A stretch of DNA of 64,000 nt from Alphaproteobacteria bacterium (GCA_043757405.1 JAYVPI010000016.1:15623-79622), one strand, 5' to 3'. Shown: positions 29,590 to 38,884, counted from the stretch's first letter. Numbers and translations are program-made. Notes: generated from the letters alone by a model not told the origin.

Positions 29590-30318
29590 TTAAACCATCA
29601 GCATCCCGCCATTCACGTGGATCGTCTGCCCAGTGACATAAGTGGATTCGTCGCTGGCCAGATAAACTGCGGCGGCGGCGATGTCTTCGGTGCGGCCCAT
29701 TTTTCCGGCGGGGATGTTTTTGTTGATGGCTTCTTTTTGTTGGTCGGTGAGTTTATCGGTCATTGGTGTGCTGATGAAGCCGGGGGCGATGCAGTTGGCG
29801 GTGATGTTGCGGGATGCGAGTTCCTGGGCGATGGATTTGGTCATCGCGGTGAGGCCACCTTTTGAGGCGCAATAATTGGCCTGGCCGGGGTTGCCGTTTG
29901 AGCCGACTACGGAGGTGATGTTGATGATGCGGCCGTGCTTCTTTTTCATCATGCCGCGGATTAATGCGCGGGTGAGGATGAAGGTGGAGGTGAGGTTGAC
30001 GTCGATTACGCTTTCGAATTCCTCGTCTTTCATGCGAATGAATAAATTGTCTTTGGTGATTCCGGCATTGTTGACGAGGATATCAACTGCGCCGCCGAGT
30101 TTTTCTTCGGCTTCTTTTGCCAGGCGTTCAACATCTGCCTTGTCAGAAAGATTTGCGGCGATGATGATGAAATCGCTGCCGAGAGCTTGCAATTTTTCAA
30201 CATTAGTGCCGCTGATGGCGACTTTTGCGCCTTGGGCTTTTAAAGCTTTGGCGATGGCGCAGCCGATGCCGCCGCTGGCGCCGGTTACGAGTGCGGTTTT
30301 TCCTGTGAGATTGAACAT
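29590..30318 (-). CDS. fabG: 3-oxoacyl-ACP reductase
   Basis: TGASGGIG, NNAG and YCASKGG (YxxxK). Start trimmed to MFNLTGK. Confidence 0.95.
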   Translation of the reverse strand: MFNLTGKTALVTGASGGIGCAIAKALKAQGAKVAISGTNVEKLQALGSDFIIIAANLSDKADVERLAKEAEEKLGGAVDILVNNAGITKDNLFIRMKDEEFESVIDVNLTSTFILTRALIRGMMKKKHGRIINITSVVGSNGNPGQANYCASKGGLTAMTKSIAQELASRNITANCIAPGFISTPMTDKLTDQQKEAINKNIPAGKMGRTEDIAAAAVYLASDESTYVTGQTIHVNGGMLMV

Positions 30319-30319
30319 A

Positions 30320-30520
30320 TTATTCCTCTTCTGTTGTTTCGTCTGATTCGTCAATGTTGAAACTGATGTCTGAACTATCGACAAGAACGTTACCGCTGGC
30401 GGTTTCTAGATCGGTGGGGAGTTTATCTCTATAGACTTGCGCCACCGGGGCCGGGGAGATTGTTTCCGGGTTGTGAGCGCAGGCGGAAAGTAGGATCAAT
30501 ATAGGTAGGAATTTATACAT
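30320..30520 (-). CDS. Small acidic lipoprotein (66 aa) embedded between fabD and fabG
   Basis: Lipobox ILLSAC. It overlaps the fabD stop by 8 nt and ends 1 nt before the fabG ATG. Confidence 0.5.
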   Translation of the reverse strand: MYKFLPILILLSACAHNPETISPAPVAQVYRDKLPTDLETASGNVLVDSSDISFNIDESDETTEEE

Positions 30521-31460
30521 TGTTTAAATCGCCGATGGTTTGGATGCAGTTGCCGTTCAGGCTTTCCTCAATGCGTTTGGTGAGGCCGGTGAGGACTTTG
30601 CCATAACCGATTTCGATTAGATTTTCGATGTTTTGGGTTTTCAAATATTGGACCGATTCGCGCCAGCGGACGCGGCCGGTTACTTGTTGAACAAGGAGTT
30701 TTTTGATTTCGGTTGGGTCGGTGGTTATGCTGGCGGTGACGTTGGCGACTAATGGGACTTTTGGTTTGTTGACTGTGACTGCGGCGAGGGCTTCCTGCAT
30801 TTTTTCGGCGGCGGGTTGCATCAGGCGGGAGTGGAAAGGGGCGGAAACTTGTAGCTCGATGGCGCGTTTGGCGCCTTTGGCTTTGGCGAGTTCCATAGCT
30901 TTTAATACGGTATCTTTGAGCCCGCTGATTACTACCTGGCCTTTGTCGTTATCATTGGCGGCTTCGCATCCGGCTTCTTTGGCGAGTGCGTCAACAGTTG
31001 CGAAATCTAAACCGAGGATTGCGGCCATTGAGCCGACTCCGACGGGGACGGCGGCTTGCATGGCTTGGCCGCGGATTTTCAGGAGTTTGGCGGTGTCGGT
31101 GAGGGATAATGCTCCGGCGGCGCAGAGGGCGGAATATTCACCTAAACTGTGACCTGCGACGAAAGATGCGACTTCCGTTATATCTTTTTTTAGCGAGCGG
31201 AAAATGGCGATGGAGGTGGCCATGATCGCGGCCTGGGTGTTTTCGGTGAGGTTTAATTCTTCCTGCGGGCCTTCAAAAATGATTTTGGAAAGCGGTTTGC
31301 CGATTGCGTCATCGACTTCCTGGAAAACGGCGCGGGCTTCGGGATAATTCTCCGCGAAATCCTTGCCCATGCCGACTTTTTGGGAGCCCTGGCCGGGGAA
31401 AATGAGGGCGGTTTTGGGTTTTGGGTTTTGGGTTTTGGGGTTTTGTGCGGGATTTGTCAT
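30513..31460 (-). CDS. fabD: Malonyl-CoA:ACP transacylase
   Basis: FPGQGSQ and GHSLGEY. The N-terminus carries the heptamer-repeat-encoded NPKTQNPKPKT. Confidence 0.95.
   Translation of the reverse strand: MTNPAQNPKTQNPKPKTALIFPGQGSQKVGMGKDFAENYPEARAVFQEVDDAIGKPLSKIIFEGPQEELNLTENTQAAIMATSIAIFRSLKKDITEVASFVAGHSLGEYSALCAAGALSLTDTAKLLKIRGQAMQAAVPVGVGSMAAILGLDFATVDALAKEAGCEAANDNDKGQVVISGLKDTVLKAMELAKAKGAKRAIELQVSAPFHSRLMQPAAEKMQEALAAVTVNKPKVPLVANVTASITTDPTEIKKLLVQQVTGRVRWRESVQYLKTQNIENLIEIGYGKVLTGLTKRIEESLNGNCIQTIGDLNNV
31410..31446. repeat. (TTTTGGG)n heptamer array inside the fabD 5' coding region
   Basis: The plus strand carries G-tracts GG, GGG, GGG, GGG, GGGG separated by TTTT. It encodes NPKTQNPKPKT on the minus strand. 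Confidence 0.9.
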
Positions 31461-31531
31461 AGCGGCGTGTTTTATACGGGAATTGATATAGTTGTCAAAC
31501 TGGCGGGGTTGTTAAGTTAAATTATATATCG

Positions 31532-31561
31532 TTGACAAGATGGTTAATGATTGGATAGTAT
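31532..31561 (+). promoter_or_regulatory. Candidate sigma70-type promoter for the 31586 gene
   Basis: TTGACA (31532-31537), 18-nt spacer, TAGTAT (31556-31561). Confidence 0.3.
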
Positions 31562-31585
31562 TGGCTTCAATTTTAGGATTTGAAA

Positions 31586-32128
31586 ATGGCATTGGATATA
31601 ACAAAAGTAAGTGAATACGCGATCTTATTATCGCAGCATTTTAATAACGGCGCGGACATCGTGAAACGTAGTTCAGGCAGTATTGAATTGAGGTTTAGTA
31701 AAACAGATTTCACTCCTGGAGAAAGAGAGCAAATATTTTATGCAGTATTAGCTTTTGCTGGAGTTTTGAACGATGGTATTGCGGCTCCACAAACGGTATT
31801 GGATGGTAACCATACAGTATTGGATGATTATTTTATAGCTCCGCAGAGAGCTGCTATTGTAGAACAGACAGTTAATACTATGGCAGCAAATTTAAGCAAC
31901 TTTCAGAGAGAAACGGCGGCAGAAGCGGCAAGAGCAAGTGCTGCTGCTAGTGGGGTTAGACCTGTTCCTGTGGCAAGGCCGAATATAGCTCCACGACCGG
32001 CAGTACATCCAAATGCTCCGAAGGCGCCGCCTATTAATCCTGGGCCGCGGCCAGCTGGTGCCCCAAGAGCGGCTATGCCAACGGCACGTCCAATAGTTCC
32101 GCCTAGTGGCGGGCCAAGGCGCGGCTAA
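31586..32128 (+). CDS. Hypothetical protein with Pro/Ala/Arg-rich C-terminal tail
   Basis: ATG at 31586 (the ORF track begins at a TTG two codons earlier). The last ~60 aa are RPxPxARP-type low complexity. Confidence 0.5.
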   Translation: MALDITKVSEYAILLSQHFNNGADIVKRSSGSIELRFSKTDFTPGEREQIFYAVLAFAGVLNDGIAAPQTVLDGNHTVLDDYFIAPQRAAIVEQTVNTMAANLSNFQRETAAEAARASAAASGVRPVPVARPNIAPRPAVHPNAPKAPPINPGPRPAGAPRAAMPTARPIVPPSGGPRRG

Positions 32129-32718
32129 TTCGTTGCCAAATATTTCCTGAATTTTTCAAAAGCACGGGCGCGGTGGTTTTCTTGGTTTTTTTGTAGCTGG
32201 CTCATTTCGCCATAGGTTTTCGTGCAGCCTTCGGGTACGAAGATCGGGTCGTAGCCGAAGCCGTTTCGGCCGCGCGGGGGGTAGGTTAGCGTGCCGTCCA
32301 TGCGGCCTTCGAATTCGATTGAGGTGCCGTCGGGTTGGGCGAGGGATAGGACGCAGATAAAATAGGCTCGGGCGCCTTTGATGTTTTTGCCGCGCTGTTC
32401 GAGCTCTGTTTTGACGCGCTCAGTGGCGCCGGCGAAATCTTTGTTTGGGCCACCCCACCGCGCGGAATATATTCCCGGCTGGCCATCAAGACCGGCGACG
32501 CACATGCCGGAATCATCTGCTAGTGCCGGGAGGTTGGCGGCTTTGGCTGCTGCAACTGCTTTTAATTTCGCGTTTTCGATGAAAGTGGCTCCGGTTTCTT
32601 CCGGCTCAGGCAACCCCAAATCCCCCGCGGAAACAATCTCAATCCCGAGTGGTGCGAACATCTCGCGGAATTCACCGACTTTGCCGGGGTTGTGGGTGGC
32701 GAGGACTAGTTTTTTCAT
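32125..32718 (-). CDS. rdgB: dITP/XTP pyrophosphatase (RdgB/HAM1)
   Basis: ATHNPGKVGEF and FGYDPIF. GAAGG Shine-Dalgarno before the ATG at 32718. Confidence 0.9.
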   Translation of the reverse strand: MKKLVLATHNPGKVGEFREMFAPLGIEIVSAGDLGLPEPEETGATFIENAKLKAVAAAKAANLPALADDSGMCVAGLDGQPGIYSARWGGPNKDFAGATERVKTELEQRGKNIKGARAYFICVLSLAQPDGTSIEFEGRMDGTLTYPPRGRNGFGYDPIFVPEGCTKTYGEMSQLQKNQENHRARAFEKFRKYLATN

Positions 32719-32732
32719 ATTACCTTCTATTA

Positions 32733-32813
32733 TCATCGGGAGCAACGCGAAGGATCTTTCGCATACTCAAGCGTTAGAGCAAGAGAAAGATCCTTCGCGT
32801 TGCTCAGGATGAC
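32733..32813. repeat. Family A nested-palindrome element
   Basis: ATCATCGGGAGCAACGCGAAGGATCTTTC ... GAAAGATCCTTCGCGTTGCTCAGGATGAC. Confidence 0.8.
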
Positions 32814-32815
32814 AA

Positions 32816-33508
32816 TTATATAATTTGTTTCTGCAGTTCTTTCAGTTCCGTGCAGCCCTTCTTTGCCAGCGCCAGCATTGCGGAAAGTTCTTCGTCGCTG
32901 AAGGTTCCGTTTTCGCCGCAGGCTTGGACTTCGACTAGTTTGCCGCTGCCGGTGAGGACGAAGTTGCCGTCTACTTCGGCTTTGCTGTCTTCGATGTATT
33001 CGAGGTCGAGGATTGGGGTGCCGGAGAGGATTCCGCAACTGATGGCGGCGACGCTGTCGGTTAGGGCGTTGGTTTTATTTATGCTGGCAAGGGCGAGAGC
33101 GAGGGCGACGTAGCCGCCGGTGATGCTGGCGGTGCGGGTGCCGCCATCGGCTTGGATTACGTCGCAATCGATGATGATTTGGCGCTCGCCGAGAATTTTC
33201 ATATCGACGCAGGCGCGAAGGGAGCGGCCGATTAGGCGCTGGATTTCCTGCGTGCGGCCGCTTTGGCCCTTTTTGGTTTCGCGCTGCATACGTTCATGCG
33301 TGGAGCGGGGGAGCATACCATATTCGGCAGTGACCCAGCCTTGGCCTTTGCCGCGAAGCCATGGTGGAATAAATTGATCGATGCTGGCGGTGCAGAGAAC
33401 GTGGGTTTGTCCGAATTTGACCAGGCATGAGCCTTCCGCGTGGGTGGAAAAGTTGGGGATAAGTTCCACTTTCCGCATTTCGTCGTTTTTTCTGCCAGAT
33501 ATTCGCAT
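32816..33508 (-). CDS. rph: Ribonuclease PH
   Basis: [50 protein letters not shown]. Confidence 0.95.
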   Translation of the reverse strand: MRISGRKNDEMRKVELIPNFSTHAEGSCLVKFGQTHVLCTASIDQFIPPWLRGKGQGWVTAEYGMLPRSTHERMQRETKKGQSGRTQEIQRLIGRSLRACVDMKILGERQIIIDCDVIQADGGTRTASITGGYVALALALASINKTNALTDSVAAISCGILSGTPILDLEYIEDSKAEVDGNFVLTGSGKLVEVQACGENGTFSDEELSAMLALAKKGCTELKELQKQII

Positions 33509-33579
33509 TTCCGATGTTCCTTGACTTTTCCGACAAATTGTGATATGTTGGATATATTAATATTGTTGGAGATTAAAAA

Positions 33580-33852
33580 ATGGAATCTATCACTATGAGT
33601 TCGAAAGGGCAAATAACTATTCCGGCCAATTATCGCAAAAATGGAAATTTGGTTGAAGGTGATGAATTTTTGATAGAAAAGCTAAAAAATGGGGATTTTC
33701 TTCTGAAAAAGAAAAGGGATATTTTTGAATTGTTCAAGGATTTTCCGCGGCCGAAAATAAAGAAGGCGGTGCCGGTGGAGGAGATGGACGAGGCAATAGG
33801 TAAAGCCATTGCCAAAGATTATGCCGCTAAATTTGGCAAGCCCAGGAAATGA
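33580..33852 (+). CDS. vapB: AbrB/SpoVT-type antitoxin
   Basis: SSKGQITIPANYRK looped-hinge-helix motif. 4-nt overlap with the downstream PIN gene. Confidence 0.75.
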   Translation: MESITMSSKGQITIPANYRKNGNLVEGDEFLIEKLKNGDFLLKKKRDIFELFKDFPRPKIKKAVPVEEMDEAIGKAIAKDYAAKFGKPRK

Positions 33853-34238
33853 TTGGGCTGGATACAAATATTATTGCCCGCATTATTACCCGCGATGATC
33901 CGGCGCAGCTAAAAATTATCCAAACGATGTTTGCTAAAAACAAAGGACGGCAGTTTTTTGTTTCCATATCAGTTATTCAGGAAATATTCTGGCTTTTAAA
34001 GGCAAAATATAAATATGAGAAAAGTGAGATAATAACAGCGTTGCGCTCGCTCTTGAAAGCTACCCCTATCGTGGTGGAAAAAGATGATATAATCGCTGAA
34101 GCGCTTGATATTTATGAGGTCAGCGCCGCCGGGTTTATAGATGTTTTAATCGGGCTGACGAACAAATATTATGGCTGCAAAAAATCGGTCACGTTTGATG
34201 GAAAGGCGGCGAATTTGGATGAGTTTGAGTTGTTGTAA
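33849..34238 (+). CDS. vapC: PIN-domain toxin (VapC)
   Basis: MIGLDTNIIARIIT N-terminal motif. 129 aa. Confidence 0.8.
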   Translation: MIGLDTNIIARIITRDDPAQLKIIQTMFAKNKGRQFFVSISVIQEIFWLLKAKYKYEKSEIITALRSLLKATPIVVEKDDIIAEALDIYEVSAAGFIDVLIGLTNKYYGCKKSVTFDGKAANLDEFELL

Positions 34239-34309
34239 GAATTTATCGCCGCTGATTTTTACGATTTAAACCTTGTTTTCAATGTGCAGAGTTTATAGTT
34301 TATAATTAC

Positions 34310-34666
34310 ATGCAACACAATCATTCTAACCATCCATTCCGCGTTCTCAGAATTTTACTTATAATAGCAATTGTTATATTTGCGGCGAGATATGCTTTCA
34401 TTGAATGGATGGATTATAAAGTTGAAAACGATAATCAACTGATAAATAAATATAGTCAATGTGTGCAAGATGAAGAATGTATTGTGTTTAAAACTCATTA
34501 TGAGGACTTCCCCCCATGCCAACTTACATTTAACATTAAATATCAAGTGGAGGCTCGGGAATTTCATCAGAATCGTATATCGTTACTAAGGCCGATAAAA
34601 TGTCCAATATACGAAAATCCTGTGCCTACATGTGTCAACAATCATTGCCAAATAAAAACTAAATAA
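34310..34666 (+). CDS. Membrane-anchored Cys-rich hypothetical protein (118 aa)
   Basis: TM RILLIIAIVIFAA plus 6 Cys in the soluble part. The stop overlaps the uvrD ATG (TAATG). Confidence 0.5.
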   Translation: MQHNHSNHPFRVLRILLIIAIVIFAARYAFIEWMDYKVENDNQLINKYSQCVQDEECIVFKTHYEDFPPCQLTFNIKYQVEAREFHQNRISLLRPIKCPIYENPVPTCVNNHCQIKTK

Positions 34667-36882
34667 TGCAATCCCAACCCGCAAATAATTTGTCCATTCC
34701 ACTATATTTGGCCGCATTAAATCCCGAACAGCGTGAAGCTGTGGAGGCAACGGATGGGCCGTTGCTGGTTCTGGCGGGCGCGGGCACGGGGAAGACGCGG
34801 GTTTTGATAACGCGGATTGCGCATATTTTGTTTTCGCGGCGGGCGTTTCCTAATCAGATATTGGCGGTGACGTTTACTAATAAGGCGGCGCGGGAGATGC
34901 GGGAGAGGGTGGCGAAGTTACTGGGCGGGGATGTTGGGAATATGTGGATTGGGACGTTTCACTCCATCTGCGCCAAGATGATGCGGCGGCATGCGAAGAT
35001 TTTGGGGTTTGAATCGAACTTCACGATCTTGGATGATGATGACCAGGTGCGGTTATTGAAAAAGATTTTTAAGGATTTTAATATTGATGAGAAAAAATGG
35101 ACGCCGAAAACTACGCTGGGGATTATCCAGAGTTTTAAGGATAAGGGTTTGAACCCTGACAAAGTTGATATCCATGCAGCGGGGAGTTTTGCGGAAGGGC
35201 GGATTGTTGAGATTTATGCGGAGTATCAACGGCGATTGAAGTTGTTGAACGCGATGGATTTTGGGGATTTGATTTTGCATTGTTTGACATTGTTCCGCGA
35301 CCAGCCGGATATTTTGGCGGAGTATCACCGCTATTTTCGTTATGTGCTGGTGGATGAATATCAGGATACTAACGTCGCGCAGTATTTATGGCTGCGACTG
35401 CTGGCGCAGGGGTCGAATAATATTTGCTGCGTGGGGGATGATGACCAATCGATTTATTCATGGCGCGGGGCGGAAGTCGGGAATATTTTGCGCTTTGAGA
35501 AAGATTATCCGAGTGCCAAAACTGTGCGGCTGGAGAGGAATTACCGCTCGACGCAACATATTTTGGCGGGGGCAAGCGGGTTGATTGCCAATAACTCCAA
35601 GCGGCTGGGGAAGACTTTGTGGACGGAATCAAATGGCGGGGAGCTGATTAAGATTAAGCATTTGTGGGATGACCAGGAAGAGGCGAAGTTTGTGGCCAAT
35701 GAGATTGAGGCGGGGCGGGCGGTGATTACGCGGGAGAAACATGCGTTTAGCGAATATGCGATTTTGGTGCGGGCTGGATTTCAGACGCGGAGTTTTGAGG
35801 AAAGATTTATTACCTTGAATATTCCGTATAAAGTTATCGGCGGTTTGCGTTTTTATGAACGCGCGGAGATCCGGGATGCGATTGCTTATATCCGGATCAT
35901 GGTTGATGGCAGCAATGATTTGGCGTTTGAGCGAATTATTAACGTACCCAAGCGCGGTATCGGGAAATCGACGCTGGAAGCGCTTTATCGCGAATCTCGC
36001 GCATTGGGGATTTCACTCTATTCGGCGACCAGGAAATTATTCGAGGAAGGAAAGCTGGCGACTAAGGCTGCTGGTGAGTTGGGGCGGTTGATAAATAATT
36101 TTGAGAAGTGGAAGAATTTGCTGCAATCTGAGAAGCATGAGGAAGTGGTGAAGATTATGTTGGAGGAATCCGGCTATGTGCAGATGTGGAAGAATGAAAG
36201 TTTGAAGGAAAAATCACCGGAGGCGGAAGGGCGGCTGGAGAATTTGGGAGAGTTAATTCGCGCAATTGGGGAGTTTGAAAGTTTGGAGGCGTTTATGGAG
36301 CATATTTCGCTGGTGATGGATACGGATAATAAGAATAATGACGACCAGGTGAATATTATGACGCTGCACGCGGCGAAGGGGCTGGAGTTTGATACGGTGT
36401 TCCTTACCGGTTGGGAGGAAGGATTGTTCCCGCATCAGCGTTCGCTTGATGAGCGCGGGGGCGGGCTGGAGGAGGAACGCAGACTGGCTTATGTAGGGAT
36501 TACACGGGCGCGGCGTAATTTGTTTATTACGCATGCGGCGAACCGGCGGATTTATAACCAGTGGCAGGTTTCGATACCTTCACGGTTTTTGAGGGAGTTG
36601 CCGGCGGCGAATGTGGAGGAGTTGCCCAGCGATCTTAATTTCTCAACGCCTTCGTTTATGCGCAATATGACCGGCAGTTCATTATTTGCTCAGCAGGCGC
36701 CGAGCGATATTGATTTAAAAGGCGTGCAGAAATCCGGCTGGAATACAGGTGAGCGGATTTTTCATAAGAAATTTGGTTACGGGCACATTGTGAAAGCAGT
36801 GGCGGATAATCTCGAAATCAATTTCGAGCATACGGGGATAAAGACGTTGAAAAGTAATTTTGTGGAAAAGGCGGAAAAATAG
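34666..36882 (+). CDS. uvrD: ATP-dependent DNA helicase, UvrD/PcrA/Rep family
   Basis: LAGAGTGKTRVL, DEYQDTN, TLHAAKGLEF, VGITRAR. Confidence 0.9.
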   Translation: MQSQPANNLSIPLYLAALNPEQREAVEATDGPLLVLAGAGTGKTRVLITRIAHILFSRRAFPNQILAVTFTNKAAREMRERVAKLLGGDVGNMWIGTFHSICAKMMRRHAKILGFESNFTILDDDDQVRLLKKIFKDFNIDEKKWTPKTTLGIIQSFKDKGLNPDKVDIHAAGSFAEGRIVEIYAEYQRRLKLLNAMDFGDLILHCLTLFRDQPDILAEYHRYFRYVLVDEYQDTNVAQYLWLRLLAQGSNNICCVGDDDQSIYSWRGAEVGNILRFEKDYPSAKTVRLERNYRSTQHILAGASGLIANNSKRLGKTLWTESNGGELIKIKHLWDDQEEAKFVANEIEAGRAVITREKHAFSEYAILVRAGFQTRSFEERFITLNIPYKVIGGLRFYERAEIRDAIAYIRIMVDGSNDLAFERIINVPKRGIGKSTLEALYRESRALGISLYSATRKLFEEGKLATKAAGELGRLINNFEKWKNLLQSEKHEEVVKIMLEESGYVQMWKNESLKEKSPEAEGRLENLGELIRAIGEFESLEAFMEHISLVMDTDNKNNDDQVNIMTLHAAKGLEFDTVFLTGWEEGLFPHQRSLDERGGGLEEERRLAYVGITRARRNLFITHAANRRIYNQWQVSIPSRFLRELPAANVEELPSDLNFSTPSFMRNMTGSSLFAQQAPSDIDLKGVQKSGWNTGERIFHKKFGYGHIVKAVADNLEINFEHTGIKTLKSNFVEKAEK

Positions 36883-37074
36883 TTAATTCACCCGTGGGTC
36901 GTTTGGTGAGTGGGTTTCCGGGGATTCGCGCTCGACTACTTCATGGTCGCGGCCGGGGTTTTTGTCCTGGCTTTTCTCGGTGCGTTTTTGTTCGGCGGAT
37001 GGCTCATCAGATGAGCTTTGCTGCTTTTTAATGTCTTTGCTGTTGCCGGGATTGTGTTGGACTTTAGCTGTCAT
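36883..37074 (-). CDS. Small hydrophilic hypothetical protein (63 aa) downstream of rpoH
   Basis: GGAG Shine-Dalgarno 8 nt before the ATG. It starts 16 nt after the rpoH stop. Confidence 0.4.
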   Translation of the reverse strand: MTAKVQHNPGNSKDIKKQQSSSDEPSAEQKRTEKSQDKNPGRDHEVVERESPETHSPNDPRVN

Positions 37075-37089
37075 AATCTCACTCCAATT

Positions 37090-37962
37090 TTATTGCGTAG
37101 TGGCGCTAGTATGAACGTTTTGAGTTAATTTCTCAAGCGCCCTGGCTTCGATCTGGCGGATGCGTTCGCGGGAGACGCCGTATTGCTGGCTTAAATCTTC
37201 CAGCGTGGCCGGATTTTCATCAAGCATTCTGCGGCGGATGATTTCCTGCTCGCGGGTGCTTAGAGTTTCGAGAGCGTTATAGAATAAGGTTTTGCGCTCG
37301 TCATATTCTTGTGTTTCGCCCAGGTTGACTTCCTGGTTGGTGCGTTCGTCGGCCAAAGTATCGATCCATTCCGCGCCGCCTTCTTCGCCGTTGCCCATAA
37401 TGGCGTTTAAACTCTTATCGGCGCCGGTCATGCGTTGGTTCATTTCAATTACTTCATGTTCCTCGACCTGGAGTTCGTTGGCGATTTCTTTGATATCTTT
37501 GTTGGTAAGTTCGCGGTGGTCGGCTTTCAAGATGCGGTTTTTCATTTTACGCAAATTGAAGAAAAGTTTTTTCTGCGCGGCGGTGGTGCCGAGTTTGACC
37601 AATGACCATGAGCGCAGGATATATTCGTGAATCGAGGCTTTAATCCACCACATTGCATAGGTGGAAAGGCGGAAGCCTTTATCGGGGTCAAATTTTTTGA
37701 CGGCTTGCATCAGGCCTATATTGCCTTCGGCGATTAATTCGGGAACTGGGAGGCCGTAGTTTTTGTAACCATAGGCGATTTTTACCACCAGCCTTAGGTG
37801 GGAGGTTACGAGTTTATGCGCGGCTTCTTTGTCCTGATGTGTCTGCAGGCGTTTGGCGAGCATGAATTCCTCATCCTGCGTGAGCATCGGGAAGTTGCGG
37901 ATTTCGGTGATATAATTGGAGAGGCCGTTATCTAGAGTGGTAAGAGAATTACTGCGTTTCAT
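37090..37962 (-). CDS. rpoH: RNA polymerase sigma-32 factor
   Basis: RpoH box QKKLFFNLRKMK. Sigma regions 2 and 4 present. Confidence 0.95.
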   Translation of the reverse strand: MKRSNSLTTLDNGLSNYITEIRNFPMLTQDEEFMLAKRLQTHQDKEAAHKLVTSHLRLVVKIAYGYKNYGLPVPELIAEGNIGLMQAVKKFDPDKGFRLSTYAMWWIKASIHEYILRSWSLVKLGTTAAQKKLFFNLRKMKNRILKADHRELTNKDIKEIANELQVEEHEVIEMNQRMTGADKSLNAIMGNGEEGGAEWIDTLADERTNQEVNLGETQEYDERKTLFYNALETLSTREQEIIRRRMLDENPATLEDLSQQYGVSRERIRQIEARALEKLTQNVHTSATTQ

Positions 37963-38132
37963 TTTCTGTATTTTCCTTCTGAAATATTTATACCATGGAA
38001 GTGGTAAAATATCAATTTATATGTAAAAATAACACTAAATTCTACTGTACTTTGAACCTGTTGATTTATAAGTAGAATATGAAGTTAATTATTCAATCCA
38101 TATAAAAATCTCATACTGAAATCCTAAAAATT

Positions 38133-38163
38133 GTCACCCCGTGCTCGTCACGGGGTCTGGCGG
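38133..38163. repeat. Family A half-element (left-arm type); possible terminator of the ankyrin gene
   Basis: GTCACCCCGTGCTCGTCACGGGGTCTGGCGG has an 8-bp stem, and on the minus strand it is followed by a T-rich tract. Confidence 0.5.
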
Positions 38164-38188
38164 TTTCGCATACCTAATTCGTGATCGG

Positions 38189-38743
38189 CTATCGTCGCAA
38201 GCCAAGTGAGGCATTTGCTTGCACTGCAGAACATCGCTTTACCGGCTTTGAGTGTGGTTGCAATTTCTCTGCGGAGCGTAAGATATGCGCCTGTTCGCTT
38301 CGATCCATCTCCTCAGCGTATTCACGCGGAGTGTAGCCAGCCTCGTTCTGTGCGCTAAGTTGTGCGCCACTAAGCATCAAGAGTCTACACAGTTCCAAAG
38401 AACCCCCGTATATCGCGGCCCAGTGCAACGGTGTGTCACCTGATGTCGTCACTGCGTTTACGTTTGCGTTGCACGAAAGCAAGGTTGCGGCTGCGGCTTT
38501 TTCGCCCAGTAGAATTGCGCTATGCAACGCTGTCTCACCGTTTGTCCCGCTGGATGTGGCGTTTACGTCGGCACCAAGTTCCACGAGTAATTTAATGGCT
38601 TCTAATTTGCCGCTAGCCACTGCGTGAAATAATGCGGTAGCGTCTCGGATACCCCGCACATCCGCGTGCCAGTTGGGCTCACTCAATATATGTCGTATCT
38701 GGATCAAGTCGCCCTTGGAGGCGGCTTCGTGAAGACGTGTCAT
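38189..38743 (-). CDS. Ankyrin-repeat protein
   Basis: At least four ANK units (TALFHAV..GADVNA, ETALHSAI..NANVNA, DTPLHWAA..GAQLSA, YTPREYA). Confidence 0.85.
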   Translation of the reverse strand: MTRLHEAASKGDLIQIRHILSEPNWHADVRGIRDATALFHAVASGKLEAIKLLVELGADVNATSSGTNGETALHSAILLGEKAAAATLLSCNANVNAVTTSGDTPLHWAAIYGGSLELCRLLMLSGAQLSAQNEAGYTPREYAEEMDRSEQAHILRSAEKLQPHSKPVKRCSAVQANASLGLRR

Positions 38744-38884
38744 TACTCTCTCCTGTTTGTCAGTTTGATTATGCTACCATAATGATGTGAACTTTTTGTT
38801 ACAAAACTAGCACAATAGTGAATTTCGACTCCTCGATAGTGAATCGGGCGGGCTCTCAGATATGCGATGGAGTATGTGAAACCG

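Noticed and set aside
31410-31446. TTTTGGG telomere-like repeat as a sign of eukaryotic (ciliate-type) contamination or chimeric assembly
   Set aside because: The array is embedded in-frame in an otherwise intact bacterial fabD, and the same heptamer forms a bacterial intergenic hairpin at 16589-16670.
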